This document shows positions 47,382 through 59,600 of a stretch of 64,000 nucleotides of DNA, one piece after another. Below the pieces are notes generated by a model, which did no database searches, was not told the DNA's origin, and was given only the letters and a program-made list of their open reading frames with translations. Made by a program: the position numbers and the translations under genes. The DNA comes from Azolla caroliniana (lineage: Eukaryota > Plantae > Polypodiophyta), in assembly GCA_043228905.1 (NCBI GenBank), contig JBHGNT010000011.1:12710001-12774000 (forward strand), in the 5' to 3' direction. Within the stretch, counting starts at the first letter, position 1, and every line of letters starts with the position of its first letter.

Positions 47382-50372
47382 CTAAAATGCTAGCACAAAG
47401 GGAGGGCGGTCATTGCGGTTGCCCGCAACAGAGCGGTAAACATAGAGGCTCTCTACAAGCATTGTGTTGTCGGGGCCATTGGTTTGTATGATCTCGACAT
47501 TAAGCCTCGGCTTCTGACGGGCAAGCCAATGGCAACCAGCCACTGTAACACGGCAATTCGACATCCAGAGAGACCTCATTGACTCGTACCTATGCAATCC
47601 CGAAAGAAGACCCATGTCGCCGAACGGGCTATCCCGGATCTCAAGCTTCTTGAGGCTTATGCAACCCCGAAGCACATGCTGAAGCCCGACATCAGTCTCT
47701 CCAGCGAAAGCTACCGATAGCCTCTCCAAGTTCTTCCCATACATACCTATGTACTCAAATGCCTTGTCGGTGAGCAATCCCGACAAAGACAACCTCCGTA
47801 ATGCCTTACAATTCCTTACAATTGCGCCAAACCCCTCATCCATAGGTGCATTCGTGGTGTGGTCAGGCCTTGACGGCTCCATTATGCATAAACGAAAACA
47901 CACAAGCTTATGGCAACTCTTTGCCATCATCTCCACGGCCACATTTGTCATCTGGCCACAAAAGTAGAGAATTGACCTCAATTCAGGGCAACCTTGTGCA
48001 ATGTACATAAGGCCTTCTTCAGTCACACCTTGTCCAGCCTCTCCTCTGCTGCCCGGGTATACACGGAAATCACGTAGATCCTTGCATGATGATGCCACAG
48101 CTTGTAGGCCTTTGTCCTCCACAGTATCCATCACCTGCAATGCAAACAAATGGTTAGAAACAACTCCCTACGTTCAACAAATGATTTTTTGGGACATACA
48201 GAGTCCCAAAGAAATTATAGAAATTATGTCACATTTACTTGAATGCTCATCACAGTGATGCAAAAATGCCATTTTTTAACATATGACATCAAGGTCATGT
48301 TCTCATATGTTTCAAGACCTGCAATACTAGCAATCTGCTTGTTCTCTGCAAAACCTTTGTGTATAAATGGAAACTCGCTCTTAACTAAGACATCTCCATT
48401 GGTTTCATTGTACATCATCACTCTCAACATTAACACAGGTAAAACATACATTGGCAATCAATAAAAAAATTTGTGGTTTTCTCGCATAAACCATAAGTAA
48501 GAGTTCTGCAACTAACCCATAGTTTGCGCAGATTGTAGCAATGACTGACAACATCAGCTAGCTCTCCATCACATATCGGTGAATAGCTCAAGTTAAGTGA
48601 AACCAAACTGGAGCAAATTGGATATATAATCGAAAGATAACCCGGTGTGATGATCCAAAATCCTGATAAAGATCGCAACTGGGTGCAATTCCGGAGACAA
48701 ACACTAAGACTAGTTTGATCCTCTACTGGAACAGCGGGTGAAAATGAACCAACACCGAGCTCAATGAGGTGTGGAAGCTTTGAAACAAGAAGCTTTAGCT
48801 GAGTTAAAGACACCGCCCTATTCAGCTTCAAAATCTCCAAACCTGTGCATCGGTTTACAAGAGATTCTAATGCCTCGAAATCAAGTTCATGGTCAAGATC
48901 TTTGAAATCGAGAGACACCAGAGAAGTGCATCCTGGCGAGAAGGCATTCAACCACGTTCCAGAAACTTGGTCTAATGTGTTTTCAGTGAGCTCCAAGTGT
49001 GTTAAATGCCTGGAAAAAAGCAAAAAACTAGATTGAAGATTTTGGCATGCTATTCTTGGGGATTAGATCTAATGGTATCATATGCATTGTGCAACTATAC
49101 AAATATGCAGAGTGTAATGTAAAAGAACACACAGATCCTATTTCTAACCTTAAACCCTCTACAGACACAATGATGGATGCGAATGAAACTACGGGATAAT
49201 TTAAGACATTGACGACAGAACACAAAACTATATGTCCCTAAACCCTAAAGCATTAATGAGTCATAATAGTTCTGTACAAATCTTTAAACAGAACCAAGAT
49301 CCCAATTTCATAGATCTTTCAACACTAAATCACAGGCATTCATGAAGCAGAACAGTTGAACCAGAAGCCGTAGATCCGAAGGCATTGACAAGGCATAATC
49401 TCTCATAGACATTAACACCAAAACCAATCCTCTGTGCCCTATAACTATGGCATCCTAGAGATCTCTAAACCCTACACCTGATGGGCATTAACGATGCATA
49501 ATAATTTTATAGATCAGGTTTTACCTCGAATGTGTTCATATGTACACATTAAACCACAGAGAGAAAAAAAACTTATTCCTAGATCATATATCTCTACACC
49601 CTAAATTCATGGCATTCGCAGAAATTTTTAAACACAAAAGAACAAAACAAAATATCCTAAACCCCCATTACTTAAGAAACCATAGATCCCTAGATCACCT
49701 AAACCATAGATCTCCATCCATGGCATTTTCTAAGTTGATTATCATCCTCCTTCTTCATTACTTATACCTGCAATTCGCTGTTATGCTAGCGAGGCCTTCA
49801 GTGCTGAACCCGTCACAGCTTGTGAGAGAGAGGACCTTCAGGTTTGGGAATGAGGTAGCAGCGAGGTTGAGGCACTCATCTGAGAGTGTCATCCTCTTCA
49901 GTCGGAGCTCTTCGAGAAAAGGATGAGAGGATCGGAGCGCTCCGATCCATGGGTCAACAAAAGCCCCCCAATCACGGGGCACGAAATCGAAGTCAGCAAA
50001 CCTAGGCTTCCCTTTCAACACAAGAGACTTTAGGTTCGCGAAGCGCCTCGCGACTCTCTCCGGAGAGATCGCATAACAATTCCCGACATACACCTCTTTC
50101 CTCACAGAAGACTCTAGAAGATTCCAGGACTTGCACACCAGAGATACTGCATTCCTGTCTTTGTGCGTGGTTATGAAGCCCAGGATGTGGGCCAGCGAAT
50201 CTTCGTCCATGAGAGAGAGTGTCTCATGATGCCATTTCCCTTCTCTTCCGTCCTCTCCTTCTTCCCCTCCATCTTCTTTTTCTTCCTCCTTTGGTACTTG
50301 TTTCTCTTCTTTCTTGTTGATGGCGCTCATTCTTTCCTCATCCTCTCTGCGACGCTTCTGCTTCGGCCTCAT
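47382..50372 (-). CDS. TIR1/AFB: TIR1/AFB-family F-box LRR auxin co-receptor, 616 aa
   Basis: Three exons at the conserved TIR1/AFB positions: 50372-49768, 49009-48517, 48134-47382 (1851 nt, in frame). Motifs DRNAVSLVCKSW, VGNCYA, LKGKPRFADF, LEELRLKRM, CDGFSTEGL, ILYFCGQMTN, FRLCI, DEGFGAIV, RLSLSGLLTD, LSVAFAG, KLEIRDSPFGD, MRSLWMS, YRSVAG. Confidence 0.97.
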
Positions 50373-50374
50373 AA

Positions 50375-50393
50375 GAGCTGCTTCTTCTTCTTC

Positions 50394-50430
<37 letters not shown>

Positions 50431-50527
50431 CCTCTCTCTCTCTTGATTATTACAGTGTTCCGCCCTCTTACTCTCTTTCCTCTACACTGTCAAACTTGGT
50501 CTGTTTCCCTCTGTCTGCATCTTGCTC

Positions 50528-50575
<48 letters not shown>

Positions 50576-50645
50576 GTCTACTCTCTGTCTCTTGCTCTGT
50601 TTTTCTCTCTCCTGCACTCTCTCTCCATCTGTCTGTCTATACATA

Positions 50646-50683
<38 letters not shown>

Positions 50684-50960
50684 GTATGTCTGTGGATCGA
50701 TCGAAAGAACTGTAGGGCGATGAAATTGAGAGGTATCCTTAAAAGCCCAGAAGGCTAGAAAGAGAATACATACATAAATATATGTATAAGAAAAAACTGG
50801 GGGAAGGGAGAGAGACGTGTAGTACAGAGTACTTACAGAGATGGAGACAGCAGGCAAATATGTATGTATAAGAAGAAGATAATAGAAGAAGAAGAAGAAG
50901 AAGAAGATAGAAAAGGAAAAAGAAGAGTAAAAATGAAATGAAGAGAAAAGAGCTCTAGGG
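50375..50960 (-). promoter_or_regulatory. GA/CA/CTT microsatellite-rich leader of the AFB gene
   Basis: Multiple (GA)n, (CA)n and (CTT)n tracts immediately upstream of the ATG, typical of plant 5' UTR/core promoters. Confidence 0.5.
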
Positions 50961-53900
50961 ATCCCCCCCCCCCCCCAAGTGATGGGTTTGCCTGTGTAGT
51001 GCCCAACGACCTCCCCTCTCATTTTGCGCACTCCTGTCCAAACGAGTCGTGGTGGCGCCTTCGGTTCGTTTGCTCTTTCGGGCCGGGAGGCAGAGATCCC
51101 ATTACAAGGCTTCCTGGGATAGGTTCCCAAAAGTGCACATCAATTTCCTGCCCCCCCCCCTTTTTTGAATACACAAACTAGAAAAGCGGTCGATAGCAAG
51201 CACGAACTCTTCGCGAGACCACCCACGGCTTTTGGACACCCCCTTCCATCAGGTTAATCATTTCCAAACGATGCACAACACCAACTCGTGCGCAAGTTGT
51301 GGGGGGGGGGGGGGGGGAGAACAAGCATCTCCTATTGAGCCGAGGGATGAACCTTGTACTAGAAATCGCTCACGAGAAAGAAAGAGAAACGAGTATCTCC
51401 TGCTAACTGAGGGATGAACCTTGTACTAGTAAGAAGGAGAAAGCATTGTCATGAGTTGATCTTGATGTGTCATGATGAAACCTCATAATTGAATCTGCAC
51501 ATCATCTTCACGAGTCTATTGGCTAGAGATATATTGAGTGACCTATCAAATTGTGGTCATCCATGAGGTCTATGTGTAGACCTAGCAATCCACATGGTCT
51601 CCATACATGTAGTCTTCCATGAATTGATGAGTCAATCTTGTCATATTTGTCTATGCAAGGTTATATGAGTGTTCATAATGAATCTCCTCCATTTTAGGTG
51701 GAAATCCAACTTGCTAAACAATGAAACCTTTTTCCATAAATACGCCACATTATGATTTTATTCTTGTGGGGGATGGGTGTTTCCTATAATTACATTCGCT
51801 TAGGAGAGTTTCACAAAATGAATGAGTGTATAGCATTCTAGAGACCATACCTAAGGCTTGTTGATAATATCTGCCAATTAAGAGTAGGAAAGTTACCAAA
51901 ACTATGCCAAAGATTGACGAGGTCACACAATGATTAAAGTTTAACAACATGAGTTTTCACCTATTTTGTTTTTATCATTCAATATGTCATAGCCTTATGT
52001 GTAGTGTGTTTGTTTTTCCTACAAAGATAAACTCTGATGTGAACAATATCATCTTAGATAGTAGTCTTGTTACACATTGTAGTTGCAAGAAGATTGTAGT
52101 TCCTAATAGCATGAGTATTCACTTTAATGTTATGTTTTCATCATTCATTATATCATTGCATTCTGTACAGTTCATGCCTCATGATAATTCACATGTGAAT
52201 GTGATCAACTTAGATAGTAGACTTAGTTAAGCATTTTGTTGGATCTTAAACCTATATATGGTGTGCATGGGTACATTATATATGTTTGGATGTGTTGTAC
52301 ATGTCACTTAAGACAAATTCATTGACGTAGTTGCACAAAGATTAACGTTTATAAGAACACAAGTATTCATGTGTCTTGTTTTCATCATGCATTATATCAT
52401 CGTCTTATGTACAATGTAAGCATTTTCCCCACATGATAACTCACCTTTGAAGAAGATTTAACTAAGATTGGCATCTTATTAAGTACCATTGTTGCACAAT
52501 GATTACAATTTCCAATGGCACAAGTTACAACTATTCACTTCTTTGGTTTCCATCATTCATTAGATCATTGTCTTATGTATAGTTGATGTGTTTTTCCCAC
52601 ATGATAATTTGCATGTTAAAGAGATCAACTTAGTGGTCTTCATGAAGAATCATGTTGCGTTTTAAATTCGGTGAGAAAAATGATAAATTAATGTGAACTC
52701 TTATGGAGAAAAAAAACACTAAATTAAGGCCCAAAGGCTGATATACAAAAAGAAGCCTGGGTTCCACTTTTTGACTAAATTTCGGCGCTAAAGTTTTGGT
52801 CCTTCATCACTGGAACAATTGCAACCAACAATTGCTATATCTAATTCATGAATGCTTATGATTTGAAAGTTTATATGATATCTATAATGCAAAAATCGTT
52901 TTCATGATACCACAAAAAGTGTGATGTTTTTTGTAGTTAGTTGTAAATTAGTTCTAGGATTTTGTTCAAGTTGAGTAGTGAGCACTTAGTTAGAACTCTA
53001 AAGCTTCAACTTAGGATGGTTGGAACTTGAGAAACTTTCATAATTTTAGATATATCATATGACAATAATATAAAGAAACACATTTGGTAGAATCAAGGTC
53101 ATAGGCCCTATTTGTGTGGTGTGACTTCACCTTGTATGTTTAATTTTGTGGTGACCACTAACTAGCCTCACAAAAACTTTCCAAGTGTCAAAAGAAAGAA
53201 ATTAGCACATTCTTCTTTTCTCTAATGCAAAGGATGTCATATATGGGCATCTACATGAGCTCTTAAAGTCGAGAAGATAAAGAACAAGACATCTTTATGG
53301 GCACCAACATAAACCGTAGAAGGCTAGAAAAAATTTGTTAATGTTTTGTCTTTTCATAAGTGCTAAAAGGCAAGAGTTGTCAAAGTAGAACAGTGGAATA
53401 TGAAACTCCATAATCTTTAGGATAATGATGCAAATGTCGTGTTTCTCTTGATAAGCATTATATAATAGCTTATTTACAAGCATTTGTTAGTTTTGATGAA
53501 TATCTAATCTTACATGAAACTAACAACACTTCTTCTTCTTTTCTAACCTATACAAATAATTGACTGAGACACGAACTACATTCTATTAACTTGTTGGAGA
53601 GAAAGGAGAAAACATGTTGTTATGGATATTTATGTGTGTGAGAGGCAATAGTGCATGTTTAAGAGAGATATAAAAGGAAGGATAGGCTAGACATTCCTAT
53701 TGTCCCAAAGGCATAATATGACCCATGGGACTAAAAGGAACATTTGATCAATCAACATCCACCCCCCAAAAATGATTTCTTAGTTTTATGTTAGGAAGAC
53801 ATTATCTTGACTTTCCCATGGACCACACCTTGGTTTTTCGTAGTTGATCATCACAATATGTACTTGATGGCCAAGACAAGGGTTTGCTCTTATTTGCACT

Positions 53901-54636
53901 TGTTCCGCGTCATTTGTGGTACCCCAACATGGGCCCTGAGAGAATGATATCTCACGCCAAGTTTGTGTCTATACACTTGTATTCATGAAAGGATATAGAA
54001 TATGGGAGTGAGAGATCAATGAGATAGGGAGGAAAAAGAAAAGTCATGAGCATGATAATGTGAAAACAATAGGGTATTATATACAAGCACATTTGATGAT
54101 GCAAGATTTGGGCTTTAGTGTCTTAAGTTGCTTCCACGACCTATATACACCATTTGGCCATGCAAAGATATATATCCTACTAGTGCCCCGAGTATATTCA
54201 ATTGAGGTAAATTTGTATTGTGGGAAGACGTATCAACGACAAACAAATACATAATTAGAGAATGATGACATCGATTGGGCTATGTTGGGTTGGTTCTGCA
54301 AACTAAAGGGAACCATCAAGATGTTGGTTCAATTTGGTTGAGATAGCCTTATTAGAACAAATTTACATGTCACAGAAAATAACAAAGAGAATGAGATATA
54401 TGAGTTAGACCAGGATTGCGCTAGTCCAATCGAATTCATGGGATCGATGAGGTTGTTAGTGTAAGATGATGCCAAGTTATAAGTTTGATCAAGTTGGTTA
54501 GACCAAAGGTTCCAAACACATTAATGCCTTGGGGATTGCAAATAGCAATTTGGAAACAAATTATATGTGGGACCATTGAAAATTTCAGTGTAGTTTCTCC
54601 TCCAACTATATGTTTGATAGGATGATATGACATGAC

Positions 54637-54676
<40 letters not shown>

Positions 54677-55140
54677 TGTGTGTGTGTAATAGCATATTGA
54701 AAAAAGGGACGTGTAATAGCATGGTCCACTCTAGACTAACTGTTTTGGTTGGTAGACCAATGGGTTGATAATAAAACCAAAGTGTGTTGAGCATTCATAC
54801 TTGTATTAGATAAAAAAAAGTTCATGAATGGGAAAGGACCCCATGTACCACAATTCCTTATCTCCCCTCAACAACGAGTCATAAAGCTAGAGAGCTTTAT
54901 TTTAATGGATGGAAAAAATTTGTGGATATAGATAGAGGCCTTCTCCTAGTATTACGTGATAAATGAAGGAGTGTATCATACACGTACATATTTTATTGCC
55001 CTAATACTTATGAGATATGTGCTTAGGTCTCAAAGCGTCTTATTACTTCTTTCTCAAAAGTGTAATCCATCTCGTATATTATTTTTTGGTTTATTTTTCT
55101 CTTGAAAGAAATACCCTACTTGATCTCTAAAATGAAATAT

Positions 55141-55555
55141 GTGTTAAAGTGGAATGTGAAAGCATTCCCTTGTTCGTACAAGTTATTTATGTTTTGCAAC
55201 ATAAGATTGTTGGTTCACTTCTCTAATATTGGGTTTAATGACGCAATCAATATGAAAACATCTTGTGATTTCTATCTAAAATCATATACCGAATAAATAC
55301 CTTTGCAACATCGACATGGATTTTTGTTTCTATTGCACGAGGAGTGTGTGTTAAAGTGGAATGTGAAAGCATTCCCTTTGTTTGTACAATTTATTTGTGT
55401 TTTGCAACATAAGATAGTTGGTTCACTTCTCTAATGTTGGGTTTAATGACGCAATCAATATGAAAACATATTGTAATTTCTATCTAAAATCTTATACTGA
55501 ATAAATACCTTTACAACATTGACATGGAGTTTTGTTTCCATTGCTCGAGGAATGT
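55141..55555 (+). repeat. Direct tandem duplication, ~207-bp unit x2
   Basis: gtgttaaagtggaatgtgaaagcattccct...gggtttaatgacgcaatcaatatgaaaaca...acatgga starting 55141 and 55348. Confidence 0.9.
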
Positions 55556-56169
55556 GTGTGACTTCTAGATGTCTTGCACTGAATGTTATCACTTCTAAGT
55601 GTCTTTCTCTAGGTTGATGTTCTATCTCGTTACCGAGATCGTATGTTAGGGTTTGATTGTCACTTACCCTTTCGTTGGTCATCTATGATTCTCGAGCAAC
55701 TAGTATACATATATTATGACATAAGCAAACTCTTCCTTTCTTGCGTTAAATACTTATTATAATTAAGAAACTAATTAGTTCCACATTTTGGCTTACTCAT
55801 TTCACCTAGGTCATTAATACAAAGCCTACACAAATGAATGAAACAAACTTTGACTAGTTAAGGTACACCACAATCACATACAAGAGGATACATGTGAGGC
55901 TTAGAGTAAAGCACTTAACACCAATCTAATGAAAAATGAGAGATTGATAGAGAAAGAGAGAGGGATCATTAATACAAGTCTTGTGAATGGGGAAGAAGAC
56001 AAACACAACCATAAAAAGTTACCTTTAAGTCTTTTATAATGTGATCAAAGATCCTTTTATATTGTCACATGTGGTCAAAGATCTTTTGCATTCAAGATGT
56101 GATTTTCATGGTCGAACACATCTGATTTAAAAGAACGGAAAAGAAATCCAAATTACCATTGCTCAGCTA

Positions 56170-56600
56170 GGTATCAACTTGGATATGCTCATTAGAAGCA
56201 CTGTTGATATGTATGCAACATGTGGAAGTTTATCAGATGCATATAAATTGTTCGATGGACTGAGATCCCTTAAGGTGGATGTCGATCACATGGCTTTATA
56301 TGAAGGCATGTTCGTACATGTTGAAATCATGGATCTAGGCATACAAAATGACCTCTATACCATAATGCTTTGCTTGAGTTTTATGTTGAATATGGAAAAT
56401 AGAGGATGCTTGGTCATTGTAAATGCGGTGGTATATTGGATGCATGTAAAGTTTGTCAAGGATTAGATGATGCAAAGGTGGTATCTGGATATGTTGAATA
56501 TGAACATGATGAGGAAGATTGATTTGCTTTGAGCATATGCAAATTCATGGTATGTTTCAACTATTGAGGAAGTGCTCAATCAAGTCTATCAAACGAAGGA
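56170..56600 (+). pseudogene. Decayed pentatricopeptide repeat (PLS-class PPR) fragment
   Basis: STVDMYATCGSLSDAYKLFDGL, GMFVHVEIMDLG and, in another frame, KCGGILDACKVC; frameshifts and stops. Confidence 0.7.
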
Positions 56601-59600
56601 TTCATGGCTAGCCATTGTCTTACACAAGACGGGTTGGGGAAGGATAATAACGTCCTTTTCATCATTTTGTATTTTGTAGCTGATATGCTTTTTAAAACTA
56701 ATGGAAGGATATGTCTTCTAAAAAAGAAGAAGAGATCTTTTTCATTTCAAATTGTGTTCTTCGACTTCACTTATAATAGGATGTGATCAACAAGCACATA
56801 ATGATTAAGCAAAAGGTAAAAAGGTAATGTTATTGACCATCCTGAGGTAAGTAGATAATGTGTTTTTTAATAGTAATTCTAGATTATATTATATGTTAAT
56901 GATGTAGGCATAAGGGAAAACCTTGAAGAGAAAGCTTGTGTGAACCTTGTACATTCATAACAAAGTATTGATGACCAACAAGATACCTTAGTGCTAAATT
57001 ATCGAGTTAGAAAACAAAGTAATCACTTGGTCTCCAATCTCAATGCTAGAGACTATTTAAGGTGGACGCAACTTTTTATATCAGACATGCTAATAGTAAG
57101 AACCTTGACATTTAGAGTATTATAGCTCCAAAATTTGATTGGGATGAGTTGTTTGTACTTTTTCTTAATTGGACTCTTTGATTGTTTTACGCGGCCTTTC
57201 TTAATAATATGATGAAGTTGTATGTCTCAAGTGCTAACCCTTTGGGTTGCTTTATCCATCGTTCGGAATAATGTACATATATTATCTTAATTCAACCCAT
57301 TTCTCTCAAATTTAAAGTAATTTGAAGTGCATGTGATTTTTAAGTCATTTTTATTAGTTAAGTGGTTGCACTTAGGACCATCCATGGGCGTTGACTTGTA
57401 GAAATAAGCCCATCAAACATATTCCAAAGGTATGTGGAGACTGATAAAATTACACATGTACAAGAGGAATTATGCATGCATTCTTGTGTACTAAAAAAGG
57501 TAGCATGTAAAGATGTTTTCGCATATTGGTGGATCACTAAATCCCATATGCAAGACGTACATTTATGAGCCAAGATCATGGTGACTTTTTAGTTAAAAGG
57601 TGCACTTTTCTTTTGGAAGGAGCATGCCACACTCGAACGTTGCATCCGACCTTTCAAAACTACATTCATAAATTTGAAGGAAGCATTACCTTTTTCCTTC
57701 TTATGTGGGGCACTAGTTTTGGCCAAGTTCTTGTCGCAATCTTTATGCTCTCCACAACTACACATCACAATCATTGATCTATTTACTGAATGAAGTCTAC
57801 CGTGGCATCACTTAAAAGCTTACTAAAATAGGTGTATTGTCTTATATAAGAATTAGATTCTCTCTGGGATTGGCGGAATGCCTACAAAAGATGTATGCAA
57901 TAATGTGGGAGCTTATGCTCACGGAGAGGGATGAAATGATGTATGTGTTTACAATTTTCCAACATAAGATTGCCCTAGAACATGAAACTATAAAGCCTTG
58001 GCAAATTTGGATGTGATCAACATCCACATAATGCTTTCCTATGATGTGTTATGTAAGGATACTAATATCCTCACTATAAAAAAAACTCAAGATGCCTTTG
58101 GATATTCAATTAACATTGATTTTGTAAATTTGTTTATTAATTTTTAGCATTGCATTTTAAATGGCAGTGCCAACATTTTCACGTTTATTCAATTAATAAA
58201 GATATTGCAACCTATTATTAATGTTGCCACAAGATAGAAAGTGAACCTTGTAAAGCCATTTTTTAAGGGACATATTATTATTGCGCGAGTTCAAACTCAA
58301 AATCAGAAGAGTTTTTGGTGAAATCAATTTCAAACCCACAACACAATCATGTCATTGTGGTTAGTCTAATGATTTAGTAAGATAAAAGCTTAACAAATTT
58401 GTGGATTGATCGTTGATGTTTTAAGTCTCTAGATGAGGTAATTCCTTCACATTGTGCTTTCAAACATATTCTCTTATTCATTATAAATATTACCTAGTAA
58501 AGTGAAATGCCAATATTTTCACTTACTAATAAGTTATAACTATGTCGTGGAATAAAATGCCAAATGTCAATGTTGTAAAGCATGATCTGAAACTGAAACT
58601 ATGAAGTTTTGCAAAGGACATAACATCAAATACATTGCTTGAGATAACAATGTTATTGTTGCACCATACGAGCTTTATGATTACTCATGTTTAATGTAAG
58701 CTCATGGGTCAATGCACAATTACATGTGTCCATACTTACGCATATTGTATAAAGGTAATGTTTTTACATTGTACTTTGGCACACAATATCATGTATATTT
58801 GAGATAACTTGATGAACGATTTTGCGGTTCATCTATAACACTTTATTTGAGTTCATCTAAGTGCCTATGATTCGTATATTTACGGGATTGATTTCCACAT
58901 GAATGAGAATCCACTTGCAAATTATGATAATTGAATAGTTGCAATTTTGAACTAGAGTATACCATCTAAATTTGATAATTGTCAACATGTAACTAAGCTG
59001 AAATTTAAGCTCAACAACATGATTGTTGTCTTGCCTTGTCATCATTTTGCAAAAGTTCTTACAATGATTAACTCGCAAAGGTGTTACCCTGTTGGAGAGT
59101 ATGATTTTACATGAATACAACTAATTTCAACCAAGTGGAGTAAATCTTAGATGAACAATTTAAACCAATTTGCTAAGGAGAGAGAGGCATGGGGAGATTA
59201 GTGGAAAGAAAAAAAGGTTTTCAAAGCAAAAGCTAAGGTTAAATTTTGACATTGACAATGGATCACTCAAAGAGTAAGAGGCCAAATTTAATCACGACAA
59301 GGCATTCTAAAGAGAAAAGACAAAAGAATTCAAATGTGGATATATGCCTCAAAGGTTTGCTTGGACTGACATGAAGTAAGAGTAACGACTAATATGTCCT
59401 ATGTTGTGGTGGTCAAGCTTGCCAAATCATAAAAGAGTGTGAACCTTGTAACAAGTCTACGATTGAATTTGTACATTGAATTCTCTTAAGGGACGAAGAT
59501 AGATTTGATCACATGATTCAATTTGGGAACGTGGACATGTTGGAACACAATTTGGGCATGTAAATACTTTTCTTTTGATGAATATTTAGATCGTAATATT

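Noticed and set aside
1371-50372. Functional cluster linking BASS2, cyclin T, the small ORF and AFB
   Set aside because: Unrelated pathways separated by TE blocks; nothing in the sequence indicates co-regulation.
50163-51130. Long ORFs on both strands upstream of AFB
   Set aside because: Low-complexity GA/CT translations; most have non-ATG starts.
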